Positions 46,795 to 55,650 of a DNA stretch of 64,000 bases are shown here, in pieces. Origin of the DNA: a virus; IMG/VR virus record IMGVR_UViG_3300045391_006247; one strand, given 5' to 3'. Position 1 is the stretch's first letter, and each line of letters starts with the position of its first letter. Below the pieces are notes generated by a model. That model ran no database searches, was not told where the DNA came from, and worked only from the letters and a program-made list of their open reading frames with translations. Made by a program: the position numbers and the translations under genes.

Positions 46795-47073
46795 ATGGAA
46801 GCTAGTCTTTTAAGAAAAATGCTGTCAAGCCTTGAAATAAGTCTATCAGGCGCAGTTGACGACAAAGCCAATGGTCAGAAAACACTGCGCTTCAATTATT
46901 TCTATCTAGGGTGGGATCAGGATGACTTAGAGTACCCAACTGTAACTGATGCTGAAAGCCTTCCCCTAGTGACCAAGAAAATGCAAATTGATGAAGCGAT
47001 CGCCTATTTGCAAGGTCAAAAAGACTTGCTGATGATGCTGGTAGTTTTGTCTACAAAAGCCAGCAAGGGATAG
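46795..47073 (+). CDS. Hypothetical protein
   Basis: 92-aa ORF after GAGG. Confidence 0.6.
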   Translation: MEASLLRKMLSSLEISLSGAVDDKANGQKTLRFNYFYLGWDQDDLEYPTVTDAESLPLVTKKMQIDEAIAYLQGQKDLLMMLVVLSTKASKG

Positions 47074-47094
47074 ACAGTCGATCGACCCAAGCCA

Positions 47095-47128
47095 AAGCCC
47101 CGCACTACTTAAAACAGTGCGGGGCTTT
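47095..47128. terminator. Bidirectional terminator
   Basis: AAAGCCCCGCACT-loop-AGTGCGGGGCTTT between convergent operons. Confidence 0.75.
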
Positions 47129-47147
47129 GTGCGTAATTCAAGCTCAA

Positions 47148-47468
47148 TTAAATTTCAGGTTTGATTTTTCTTTTGATTAGCAAACGAGGCAACCACTTGA
47201 CAGTAATATTCATTGCAATGCCAAATCGTACCGGAGCCTCAATTTTAGACCGGGAGAACAGTCGTCCAGTCTTTTTAAGTAAATGCTTTTGACTATCCTC
47301 GATCGCATCCTTCAAATACTTATCACTTGGCATCATGGTTCCGTAGATAGTCCCAAGAATCGCGCCAACGACCAAATAAGCAAAAACACCAGTCAGCAAT
47401 AAATTCAACAGCATTAATTTCTCCAAACGGGTAAACGACACAACAGGGAAACACGATCGACCTACCAA
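47148..47468 (-). CDS. Membrane protein
   Basis: LLNLLLTGVFAYLVVGAILGTIYG TM segment. Confidence 0.6.
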   Translation of the reverse strand: MVGRSCFPVVSFTRLEKLMLLNLLLTGVFAYLVVGAILGTIYGTMMPSDKYLKDAIEDSQKHLLKKTGRLFSRSKIEAPVRFGIAMNITVKWLPRLLIKRKIKPEI

Positions 47469-48245
47469 TCAAGCTGAAACCATGCGCGATCGGGTTCTGA
47501 CGTACCGCACGGGACATCTTCCCACCTTGATCAGGTCACCGCGCGCCATAAGGCTACGTACCGCACGAAGTTCTTCTATCCTGTGGAAGTTTGCGACCTC
47601 ATAGCTATACACCTCATCTCTGAACTCAAATCGGCTCAGAACTCTTAACTCATCCTTGGTATAGGGCTTTGAGTAATCAAAACTGTCCTCGCGAACAGGG
47701 ATAGCCTGCTTTGGTGGCTGGGGTTTCTTAGTCGTGACACGAACTTTTTTAGGCTTTTCGACCTTGGGTGGTTGAGCGACGATTGCATTTCCCAAGGAAT
47801 AAACAACGGGAGTTCTGCCGGTGCCGTGTGCTTTGACTTCCCCTGAAGATTTTAGATAGCCCAACAACTTGTAGAGTGTGTCTCGCGAAAACTCAACCCT
47901 TTCCTGTAGCTCCTGAAACGTCAGGGGTTTGTCTACGATCAAATCCTTGATTAACTGCAAGCCTTTGAACCATGTTTTGTCACACTTAGGGGATACCCAG
48001 GTAAGAGGAAATTCGTAGCCGGGAGCGGCATAATAAGAAAAGTTGCTTGTGTCTAGACGCCCTCTTTCAATCCGCCCTTGCTTGACAAGGATTTGAACGT
48101 GGTCTTTGACCGTAGAAATTGAAACATCAATCCGATCGGAGATCTCCCTAATGCTGAGGGGTTTGTCCGTTTCGCAGCACAGCTTTTCTATTCTTTCCTT
48201 GGTGTCAGTTTTCATAGCTAGTGTAGGTGGATAGGTGAACAGCAA
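47469..48245 (-). CDS. Tandem winged-HTH DNA-binding protein
   Basis: PLSIREISDRIDVSISTVKDHVQILVKQG and PLTFQELQERVEFSRDTLYKLLGYLKSSG. Confidence 0.75.
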   Translation of the reverse strand: MLFTYPPTLAMKTDTKERIEKLCCETDKPLSIREISDRIDVSISTVKDHVQILVKQGRIERGRLDTSNFSYYAAPGYEFPLTWVSPKCDKTWFKGLQLIKDLIVDKPLTFQELQERVEFSRDTLYKLLGYLKSSGEVKAHGTGRTPVVYSLGNAIVAQPPKVEKPKKVRVTTKKPQPPKQAIPVREDSFDYSKPYTKDELRVLSRFEFRDEVYSYEVANFHRIEELRAVRSLMARGDLIKVGRCPVRYVRTRSRMVSA

Positions 48246-48248
48246 AAC

Positions 48249-48288
48249 AATCCCCCCTCGATCGCGGCTAATCGATCGAGGGGGGATT
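48249..48288. terminator. Stem-loop after SSB-like gene
   Basis: AATCCCCCCTCGATCG-loop-CGATCGAGGGGGGATT. Confidence 0.6.
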
Positions 48289-48292
48289 TCAT

Positions 48293-49267
48293 TTAGAAGG
48301 GGATGTCATCGTAGGATGGGTCTTTTGCTGCTGCGGGCGCAGCACCTGCGGCAACCATCTCTTTGACAGGGGTGGGAGCTTTGAACCGCAACGCACAATC
48401 AAGGTAAATCTTCTTGTCGTCCTTTGTTTCCTTGATTTGGATATTGCCGATCGCCAACTTGACAGGAACACCTGCGGCAAATGCAGCATCCAGCTTGGCT
48501 CGCTCAGTGTCAGAGCGCAGCTGCTTTTCAGCACCGCCACGGCTCCATGTTTCTTGTCCATCACTTAGTTTGATGATGTAGCGATCGCCTTTTTTGGTTG
48601 TCACGACACGATAACCATCAACATCAAACGAGCCTTCACCTAACGTTTCCATACCGATCGCTTCACCTCCACTACCACCTGAATTAACAGCAGGCTTCAG
48701 GTAGTTGGCAAGCGTGCCTGCATCAATGGCAGTGCCGATCGTTTGCTTGTCGGGATACTTGGACAGGTCAAAGCCAATATTGACGCGCCAAAAGTTAGTG
48801 CCATCCCCAAACTCAATCCAGCATTTTGTGTAACTAACCTCAACTTCAGCGCCATCAATCTTGGTTTTGGTCTTGGAGGGGTCGCCATCGGCAAACTCAA
48901 GGGAGCCAAACAGTGAACCTGCGGTGAAAAGCTTTTCCTTGATGACTCGCTTGCCGATCGTGCGCTCTGACTCCTCGATCGTCACAGGGTAGAGTGTCTT
49001 GCCTAGCTTGATGACTAGCTCTCCCTCATTCGATCGGAGGGATGCGGCAAAAATATCTTTTAGGAATCCACCCTCGGCTTGAGCCAGCAGCACATCAGAA
49101 GTGTCAAGCTCAATCTGGTTTTCCCCTGATGCTGCAACGTGGAAGTTGGTGATAATTTCCTGCTCAGCAGGGTCAAGCATGTCAAGTTCGACGTTTGTCC
49201 ACTGCCGATCGAAATACTCGCCACTCAGGGATGCAAACTCAGTTTTGTTGTTGGTAAAAAATGCCAT
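48293..49267 (-). CDS. Putative non-canonical ssDNA-binding/recombination protein
   Basis: 324 aa ending in DPSYDDIPF, an SSB-type acidic C-terminal tip. Confidence 0.55.
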   Translation of the reverse strand: MAFFTNNKTEFASLSGEYFDRQWTNVELDMLDPAEQEIITNFHVAASGENQIELDTSDVLLAQAEGGFLKDIFAASLRSNEGELVIKLGKTLYPVTIEESERTIGKRVIKEKLFTAGSLFGSLEFADGDPSKTKTKIDGAEVEVSYTKCWIEFGDGTNFWRVNIGFDLSKYPDKQTIGTAIDAGTLANYLKPAVNSGGSGGEAIGMETLGEGSFDVDGYRVVTTKKGDRYIIKLSDGQETWSRGGAEKQLRSDTERAKLDAAFAAGVPVKLAIGNIQIKETKDDKKIYLDCALRFKAPTPVKEMVAAGAAPAAAKDPSYDDIPF

Positions 49268-49345
49268 CGAAAAGTCCTCTCGGATAAATAAGAATTGGCT
49301 GAAACAAATTGCGGTCTAACCACCTACCACAAGGGACGTTTGCGT

Positions 49346-49696
49346 TTAAGCGTGATCAAGAAGCTCGGCTAGGTTGTTTTGTTGGATTAGCTCTAAAAAA
49401 AGCTTGTGAAACGGATTGTTTGGATAGTTGTCATCAGCTATTTCTTTGAGAAACAGTCTTACCCCTTCAAGCCAACCAACAACTTCTTTGACATCCTGGA
49501 CACTTCTAGGCTTAAACCACCCAAAACCGCGATCGGGGTCTTCCGTGTTTGCTGGTTTTCCAAACCGAAGCTCAACCACTCGCTTATATATCAGGCTTTC
49601 AGCCAAATCTGGTGGGGGGTTGTCTACAAACTGTGGGTCTATGTAAAAGTAAATCGAATACGCCATTGCAATTTCTCTCAATAAATCAAAAAACAT
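49346..49696 (-). CDS. Hypothetical protein
   Basis: 116-aa ORF, start may be MAYSIY. Confidence 0.6.
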   Translation of the reverse strand: MFFDLLREIAMAYSIYFYIDPQFVDNPPPDLAESLIYKRVVELRFGKPANTEDPDRGFGWFKPRSVQDVKEVVGWLEGVRLFLKEIADDNYPNNPFHKLFLELIQQNNLAELLDHA

Positions 49697-49949
49697 CGAC
49701 TACATCAGGCATCCAGATATTTCCGATCGCCCATCCTTGCTCGATTAGGTGACGGGTAGCGTTTGACTGCTGAAGGATTTCGGTCACTGCTTCATCGTTA
49801 GCTTGCCGATCGGTGACCATCACATCCACGATTTTCTTGCCGTGGTCGCGGTGATTGAGTTCACACTTGTAGCGATTCACCCGTACTTCCGGAGGGCAGT
49901 GCTGTGCTGCCCACGAACTAACGTAAATTCTCTCAAGTACTTCCGGCAT
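49686..49949 (-). CDS. Hypothetical protein
   Basis: 87-aa ORF after AAGGAG. Confidence 0.65.
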   Translation of the reverse strand: MPEVLERIYVSSWAAQHCPPEVRVNRYKCELNHRDHGKKIVDVMVTDRQANDEAVTEILQQSNATRHLIEQGWAIGNIWMPDVVDVF

Positions 49950-49982
49950 TTACTCTCCTTTAATCGCGTAATTACGGAAACT

Positions 49983-50159
49983 CTAGGCACACTTAGCTAG
50001 ATAAGCGATCGCATCTTGACGGCTCAGGCATTTCTTGCCCTTAGCCTTGTAGTTGCTGTGAGCCATCCAACGCCCACCTAACTGGTAGAAATAGCCGATC
50101 GCGCCTTCTTTGGACTCTTGAACTTGGCAATCTTCAGTTAGGAAGTAGGTGGGATTCAT
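49983..50159 (-). CDS. Small hypothetical protein (not in ORF track)
   Basis: 58-aa ORF MNPTYFLTEDCQ...; first gene after the operator at 50205. Confidence 0.6.
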   Translation of the reverse strand: MNPTYFLTEDCQVQESKEGAIGYFYQLGGRWMAHSNYKAKGKKCLSRQDAIAYLAKCA

Positions 50160-50242
50160 GGCTCGCTCTCTCTTTCGCTTCTACGGATATCTTAACTCAG
50201 GATTGCGTAACTACGCAATAGTTGAGGGCAAGAAATTGAAAG

Positions 50243-50481
50243 TTAATTACGAATTAATTACGACAAAATAAAAGAACTCTGAAACGTTGTTAAATCAAGC
50301 ACTTCAGAGTTCTGCCGATCCTTTGAGAGGAAACCTCTACAACTCAAACCAAAAACCGCTAGAATCAAGCATTATCGGGTTTGTAAGCTTTGCTAGTTAA
50401 GCGTCTTACTTGTCATATAGTAGAAAAATGTAGATTTTTTTCAGAAATAGTAGAAGCTTTTTAATTACGATTTAATTACGA
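50243..50481. other. Candidate attP region with tandem arm-type repeats
   Basis: TTAATTACGA exact at 50243, 50254, 50461 and 50472 (two pairs, 11-bp period) flanking an AT-rich gap directly upstream of the integrase. Confidence 0.55.
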
Positions 50482-51572
50482 TGCCTAGAACACTTGAATC
50501 AATCAACGATCGCATTTCTGGGTCAGGGGTGAGAGTTGAGAAAAAAGGCAATAAGCTTTACCTCGTCAGCGTTTTACCTCCCCGTAGTGGAGAAGGGAAA
50601 GCTAAACAGCAGAAGATTGCACTGAAGATAAGCGATCGCACCCCATTGGAACTGGAACAAGCAGAGGGGCGAGCATTGGAGCTATTGAGCCAGAAAATTA
50701 AAGGGGAATTTAGTTGGTCGAAGTGGCGGCAGGGTAATGGTGAAGCGATCGCACAGGTGGAGAACCTTGGGACGCTGATTGAGCGATACAAACTCGATCG
50801 AACAATATCGGGCATGACTCCCGATCAATGGGCGAGGGAGTGGGAGTTCTTAAAGCGGTTGCCGATGGAGTCTCGCCCAACTAAAGAAGCGTTCCTTGAT
50901 GTGGTAGCGCGATCGGTTCCGAACACGGCAACTCGCAAGGAATATGTGACTCGGTTTAACCGGCTGATCAAATGGGCAGAGCTGGATATAGACCTATCCC
51001 CCTATCAATCGAACTACAGTGCCAGTCGCGTCAAACCTCGCCAGCTGCCCACTGATGAAATGATCGAACAGACTCGTGACTGGATTATCAGTGTCGATCG
51101 GGGGAGGATTCAGCGGCAGGCTTTAACCTGGCAATGGGTGTATGGTGTGCTCGCTGCGTATGGGCTAAGACCGCATGAAGTGATGTTCTGTCGAATTAGC
51201 TCAACCCCTCCCTATGCCTGCCATGTGACTGAAGGAAAGACAGGGAAGCGCACCGTCTACCCTTTTCATCCCCATTGGGTTGAACAGTGGAAGTTATGGG
51301 AAATGAACAAACCTAATGTGAGGTGCGATCGCGCTCATAGGAAGGTGGGGCAGTCGGTCACTGATTCGTTGAGGAGATATGGGGTTAACCTTCCCTATAA
51401 CCTAAGACACGCTTACTCATTAAGAGCACATGTAAAATACAATACCCCGCCACGAGTTGTAGCGGGGTTGATGGGGCATACTGTTGCAGTTTGGCAGAAG
51501 ACTTATTCTCGTTGGCTTAGGGATGATGACCTGCTGTCGTCTTATATGCGATCGATTAGCGGAGAGAGTTAA
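50481..51572 (+). CDS. int: Tyrosine recombinase (phage integrase)
   Basis: YGLRPHE (Arg I), KTGKR (Lys), YNLRHAY (HxxR variant), LMGH and downstream Tyr (KTYSRW). Confidence 0.92.
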   Translation: MPRTLESINDRISGSGVRVEKKGNKLYLVSVLPPRSGEGKAKQQKIALKISDRTPLELEQAEGRALELLSQKIKGEFSWSKWRQGNGEAIAQVENLGTLIERYKLDRTISGMTPDQWAREWEFLKRLPMESRPTKEAFLDVVARSVPNTATRKEYVTRFNRLIKWAELDIDLSPYQSNYSASRVKPRQLPTDEMIEQTRDWIISVDRGRIQRQALTWQWVYGVLAAYGLRPHEVMFCRISSTPPYACHVTEGKTGKRTVYPFHPHWVEQWKLWEMNKPNVRCDRAHRKVGQSVTDSLRRYGVNLPYNLRHAYSLRAHVKYNTPPRVVAGLMGHTVAVWQKTYSRWLRDDDLLSSYMRSISGES

Positions 51573-51762
51573 TTGCTTGGCATCGTTCCAAATGAACTAA
51601 CCAGGTTACTCGTTTAGCTCCGGGTGATTCAGGTTTGATGTGTTTACCCACCTTTAGCCACCCTTCTTTTTTGCCCTTCCTGATCCAATGCCGTAATGCG
51701 CTGACATCCTTTTTAGCAAGAGCTTCGTAGGCTTCGTCGGTTCTGTACCATTCACGAGTCAT
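51556..51762 (-). CDS. Excisionase-like / MerR-type winged helix
   Basis: LRHWIRKGKKEGWLKVGKH...VTWLVHLERC, convergent with and overlapping int; start at ATG 51762. Confidence 0.6.
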   Translation of the reverse strand: MTREWYRTDEAYEALAKKDVSALRHWIRKGKKEGWLKVGKHIKPESPGAKRVTWLVHLERCQAINSLR

Positions 51763-51926
51763 GTGCGATCGCCCTCCCTTGCTTCTAAATTCCAACATCG
51801 GTTTAAATATTTGCGGCGCATTTCATTCTCTAAAACAATCTGTTTTTCAAGCTTTTCGGTCAGATCTCGGAATTCATTGGTGAGAGTAATGAATTCTCGG
51901 ATGGAGTTGAGCAGACGTTTAATCAT
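51759..51926 (-). CDS. 55-aa protein, paralog of 52639..52806 (not in ORF track)
   Basis: MIKRLLNSIREFITLTNEF...CWNLEAREGDRT, ATGA-coupled both sides. Confidence 0.7.
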   Translation of the reverse strand: MIKRLLNSIREFITLTNEFRDLTEKLEKQIVLENEMRRKYLNRCWNLEAREGDRT

Positions 51927-52219
51927 GCCCGATCGCCCTCTTTGTCTAGAAAAGACTCAACAAGATCTTCAATGATTTCACTCATTTCTCTGTCAGATTC
52001 AATAGCTTTTACCTTTAGTTTTCTGTGAACAGATTTAGTCAAATAGACGGTTAACCGTTGATATGACGGATTTTTGCTTTTTGCAAGAATTACTTCATTT
52101 TGGTCAATAGTTTTCTTAGGTCTCGATGGCTCTATGTCGTACTGCTTTACAAGATCATCCCAAAACTCTGGGTTTGACTGTATTTCTTCTTGAACATGAG
52201 GAGGAAGCGCTCTATTCAT
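51923..52219 (-). CDS. Ribbon-helix-helix (ParG/CopG-like) protein
   Basis: RLTVYLTKSVHRKLKVKAIESDREMSEIIEDLV. Confidence 0.75.
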   Translation of the reverse strand: MNRALPPHVQEEIQSNPEFWDDLVKQYDIEPSRPKKTIDQNEVILAKSKNPSYQRLTVYLTKSVHRKLKVKAIESDREMSEIIEDLVESFLDKEGDRA

Positions 52220-52460
52220 ATCCGAGCGCCTTCCATGATTCCCGCACAAACCCTACTCTGATTTCTTGTTCTTGCTTTATCCGATTTAGCGCTAACTCTA
52301 ATTCAACTGCGATCGCTCTCAGGTCTTCATTGCAAGCCTTTCCCGCTATATACTCCTGCCTGATCGAATCTAGAAGTTTTGGGTCACTTGCCCATTGAAG
52401 GGATGTGATCAATTCATGAAGAGCAATCGCTTGGTTACTGTTTAGTTTCAGGTGAATCAT
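52212..52460 (-). CDS. Hypothetical protein
   Basis: Start at ATG 52460 after GGAGGGCGA. Confidence 0.6.
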   Translation of the reverse strand: MIHLKLNSNQAIALHELITSLQWASDPKLLDSIRQEYIAGKACNEDLRAIAVELELALNRIKQEQEIRVGFVRESWKALGYE

Positions 52461-52642
52461 TCGCCCTCCTGTGGCTTCAAGAACAGAAACAACGCAAAAC
52501 ACAAAGACGAAACACTGAGAAGCGCGATCGATTGGGCTGAGGGGTTGACGATCGTGGCAGCGAGGCGATCGGATGCGCCAAAGAGAAACGCTGCTGTTAG
52601 GGTCCAGAATATTCCCTGTCTGACTGCGAGTAGTTCGTTCAT
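52457..52642 (-). CDS. Two-TM small membrane protein
   Basis: Two hydrophobic segments; start at ATG 52642. Confidence 0.6.
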   Translation of the reverse strand: MNELLAVRQGIFWTLTAAFLFGASDRLAATIVNPSAQSIALLSVSSLCFALFLFLKPQEGE

Positions 52643-52806
52643 GGGCGATCGCTCCTTACTTCTAAACTCCAACACTTCTCTAGCAACTCTCGATCGCGCA
52701 TGACTTCTAGGGCTTCAACTCGCTCAGCTAGAACCGCGATCGGCTCTGCAAATTCGTTGGTGTGATCAAGCCATTCTTGGATGAATTTGAGAATGCGTTT
52801 AATCAT
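52639..52806 (-). CDS. 55-aa protein, paralog of 51759..51926 (not in ORF track)
   Basis: MIKRILKFIQEWLDHTNEF...CWSLEVRSDRP. Confidence 0.7.
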   Translation of the reverse strand: MIKRILKFIQEWLDHTNEFAEPIAVLAERVEALEVMRDRELLEKCWSLEVRSDRP

Positions 52807-53062
52807 GTCCGATCGCCCTCACTCTATCTCTTTCAACCTCTACGCTGCTCCATCCTTTCGCGCACATTACACCTTGGATATACCCAATCCACCGATGAGA
52901 TTTATCTGACTCCCACAACTTTCTGTTATTGATAATCTCGTGGCACATCCATCGCAAATAAGGAATACTCGTAGGCTCGGCAGTCTTCATGTGAAAAGTT
53001 GTTGAGTCAGCCAAAAGCAACGATTCAAGCAGGCTATAGGCTATCTTCCACGCTGGTTTCAT
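52799..53062 (-). CDS. Hypothetical protein
   Basis: KSHRWIGYIQGVM motif; start at ATG 53062. Confidence 0.65.
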   Translation of the reverse strand: MKPAWKIAYSLLESLLLADSTTFHMKTAEPTSIPYLRWMCHEIINNRKLWESDKSHRWIGYIQGVMCAKGWSSVEVERDRVRAIGHD

Positions 53063-53253
53063 GTCCGATCGCCCTCCCATCTACGCATTTCATGAGGCAT
53101 CCCTACCTGATCAGCCATCAAAGTTTTAGACAAGTTGTGCAAGTTGCGGCAGTCGTCGTACAGCTTGATTAACACTTGGGTCTTTTGCTCTGATGTCAGT
53201 GTCTCGATCGTGTTTATAAACGAGGCGCGGGCAAATTGTTCTTCAAGTGTCAT
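53059..53253 (-). CDS. Small protein resembling phycobilisome degradation protein NblA
   Basis: MTLEEQFARASF...LTSEQ...LIKLY...N..K.LM resembles the NblA pattern (LSLEQQF...S.EQ...L..LY); by eye only. Confidence 0.5.
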   Translation of the reverse strand: MTLEEQFARASFINTIETLTSEQKTQVLIKLYDDCRNLHNLSKTLMADQVGMPHEMRRWEGDRT

Positions 53254-53588
53254 GGGCGATCGCCTCTCAGCTTTAGTGCTTGTTTTGCGTATTTCAATGC
53301 CTGTTTTGCCTGATAAAAAGAAATTTTTTCTTGGTGCGATCGCCCATCATCAATTTGTCGTGTGAACTCGTAGCTAAGTTTTGTATGGCGCAGTCTGCCG
53401 TCACCAATTGCAATACCATCGCAAGCAACTTTGATTAGATCGTCTGGGCGCAAAGTCTTGAGGTAGTTTGCCAGTGGGCAATTGCAATCTGTTCGAGCAG
53501 TGCCAGCAATCGATCGCCCATGCTGGCGGTTTAGGTAGTCCTCAAAATCAGCCAAGTCTTCTAGCTGTTGTTCTAGGGGTGTACTCAT
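53250..53588 (-). CDS. Hypothetical protein
   Basis: Start at ATG 53588; CNCPLANYL motif. Confidence 0.6.
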   Translation of the reverse strand: MSTPLEQQLEDLADFEDYLNRQHGRSIAGTARTDCNCPLANYLKTLRPDDLIKVACDGIAIGDGRLRHTKLSYEFTRQIDDGRSHQEKISFYQAKQALKYAKQALKLRGDRP

Positions 53589-53812
53589 CACCGATCGCCT
53601 CCATCCAAAACAGGCAGCACCAACTCTTGAATCGATCGCATCTCCCCTGATGGTGGAATCAACCACAAAGCTTTCAGGGAGTAAAGCTGCACCACGACAC
53701 TGCGGGATTCTGCAATTTGTCTAGCCTCATCGATCGCGTAGGGGAGAGTCTTTGCGGGCAAGTACGCGATCGGTTTTCCTGTGACGTCCGTAACTACGTA
53801 ATGTGTGGGCAT
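53588..53812 (-). CDS. Hypothetical protein
   Basis: 74 aa, TGATG coupling. Confidence 0.6.
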   Translation of the reverse strand: MPTHYVVTDVTGKPIAYLPAKTLPYAIDEARQIAESRSVVVQLYSLKALWLIPPSGEMRSIQELVLPVLDGGDR

Positions 53813-54195
53813 CAGAAACCCTCCAATAGGGTCAATTGAATTGTGGCGCGTTTAATTTCCAACATTTCCAGTTTTTGCATCTTCTCCAAAACCTTCAGGA
53901 CTGCGGCATGAGTTAACACTTTGTTTCGCCCTGTGTCAGGGTCAGGCATTGTCTGCCATCTAAAAATGAAGTTGTCGAGGTCAAATGCCTGACCGTTTTC
54001 TTTGTCGATTGACAAGGCTGCGTAAATGAAGGCTGAATCGTTGAAGATACCTGCGCCCCACAGGTCTAGAATTTGGTCTTGAAGTGCTCCCCAAGTGCCG
54101 ATCGTTTCTTCTTCTGTTTCTAGGGGGACTTCGGAGTTGGGCACGATCGATGGGACTAAGCTCATTTGTGTTCTCGGTCTAGCTGCTGTTGACAT
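53812..54195 (-). CDS. Hypothetical, possible winged-helix protein
   Basis: 127 aa, TGATG coupling. Confidence 0.6.
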   Translation of the reverse strand: MSTAARPRTQMSLVPSIVPNSEVPLETEEETIGTWGALQDQILDLWGAGIFNDSAFIYAALSIDKENGQAFDLDNFIFRWQTMPDPDTGRNKVLTHAAVLKVLEKMQKLEMLEIKRATIQLTLLEGF

Positions 54196-54199
54196 AGTT

Positions 54200-54442
54200 T
54201 TATCCTGGATACTCGACTAAACAATCAACGGGAACACGTTTAGTAATCCCTGCTTCGGCATTGCCGATCGTTGCTACTCTTCGCCCCTGCACTGAGCCGA
54301 TCGCTTTTACAACGTAGATGTGGGCACTCCACCCAAAATTGTTTTGCTCGCAATCGCGTTCTTCGTAGTTCATGGGGATTTGACTGAGCCAGATTTCCCA
54401 TTTTTGAAGATCTCCCGCGACTACTTTTGACCCTGGCTTCAT
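54200..54442 (-). CDS. Hypothetical protein
   Basis: 80 aa, ATGA coupling. Confidence 0.6.
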   Translation of the reverse strand: MKPGSKVVAGDLQKWEIWLSQIPMNYEERDCEQNNFGWSAHIYVVKAIGSVQGRRVATIGNAEAGITKRVPVDCLVEYPG

Positions 54443-55278
54443 CCGATCGCTCCTTCTAAAACTTGATTAAATTCAGCAGGAAACTCTCTAATCTTCAAAT
54501 CGCTCGGAAATTCATCAATGTTGCCGCCATGAGAATCTGAAATACTCCATCGATCGCCGTCCATCGTCACTGGACTTTTGCCAAGTTGTTTAACCAAACA
54601 CGGAGTTTCGTTTGCTTGACACTGATGAACGACTCCACGAATTGCAGATAAGCTAGTCTCTCTAGCTTTTGAGCCGGACTCACCACCGACAATCACCCAA
54701 TCAACAGGATTAGATAACAAATACAAGTTCACACGACCTAGCAAGGGTTCGCAAGAATAAAAAACTTTAGATCCCCGTGAACGAACATCTTGCATATAAG
54801 GCGATCGCTCGTTGTACCTTTGCTGATCTTCAATCGTGCAGCCAAACCAAACATGGGGATTTTGGCGTGCCCATTTGCTAAAAAAATCGCCAGAAATACT
54901 CTCGACCATTGAAATAATGTTTTGAGGGCGCTTGGTCAGCAGCAGCCAATCTAAATTCTTGCAGCTTTCAATAACCCGAAACGCATCTTGCCGCCATTCT
55001 ACTGAGACTTCATTATCAAAAATATCTGCCAGCGACGAACAAAACACGCGATAGCGAATTCCAAGTTTTTCAGCTTGGCGATTCCATTTAGCAGGGTGTT
55101 TCCAGTTTGCTTCACTAGTGCGCGATCGCTCTTGCCCTGCACCCCACTTTACGCGACCATAGCGATCGTCCATCATGGTTTTGGCGTAGCAATTTGCACA
55201 ACCAGGGGAGACTTGAGTACAACCAATCCACGGATTCCAAGTGTGGTCAGTCCATTGAATATCACTGTTTTCTGCCAT
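54439..55278 (-). CDS. DUF5131 / phage Gp37-Gp68 radical-SAM-like protein
   Basis: IQWTDHTWNPWIGCTQVSPGCANCYA (CxxxxxxCxxC), VFCSSLADIF, LLTKRP, WVIVGGESG. Confidence 0.92.
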   Translation of the reverse strand: MAENSDIQWTDHTWNPWIGCTQVSPGCANCYAKTMMDDRYGRVKWGAGQERSRTSEANWKHPAKWNRQAEKLGIRYRVFCSSLADIFDNEVSVEWRQDAFRVIESCKNLDWLLLTKRPQNIISMVESISGDFFSKWARQNPHVWFGCTIEDQQRYNERSPYMQDVRSRGSKVFYSCEPLLGRVNLYLLSNPVDWVIVGGESGSKARETSLSAIRGVVHQCQANETPCLVKQLGKSPVTMDGDRWSISDSHGGNIDEFPSDLKIREFPAEFNQVLEGAIG

Positions 55279-55637
55279 TATCCGATCGCCCTCCCAGCTA
55301 CATCTGTTGTATAAAACTGTTGCATTCCTACATCGCTAATCCCATCAGGCAGGCAGTTTTCTCGAGATGCAAAATACCAATCATCGCCGTCAGGGGTTTT
55401 GAGGGACGCCCAAAACCTTTCGGGCAAATCACGCTGGAGTTCAATTAATTCATCGAGCTTTTCTCCGCCGATCGCCTGAACCAAAAGCATCGAATTAAGC
55501 AAGATTGGCTCCATGAGGAACCCCATAATCAGCATCCCAATTGCCTGCGATCGGTCGTAGTACAGGGTGAGGGTGTATTGTGCGGGCTTGCCGTAACCGG
55601 GAAAAAAGCTTTTGCGCTGTCTTGATCTCTTACCCAT
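55278..55637 (-). CDS. Hypothetical protein
   Basis: Start placed at ATG 55637 (MGKRSRQ), just below the paired operator. Confidence 0.6.
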   Translation of the reverse strand: MGKRSRQRKSFFPGYGKPAQYTLTLYYDRSQAIGMLIMGFLMEPILLNSMLLVQAIGGEKLDELIELQRDLPERFWASLKTPDGDDWYFASRENCLPDGISDVGMQQFYTTDVAGRAIG

Positions 55638-55650
55638 TAAATCTTTGATT

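Noticed and set aside
50260-50460. tRNA or tmRNA fragment as attP core
   Set aside because: No recognisable T-loop (GTTCRA) or acceptor-stem sequence on either strand
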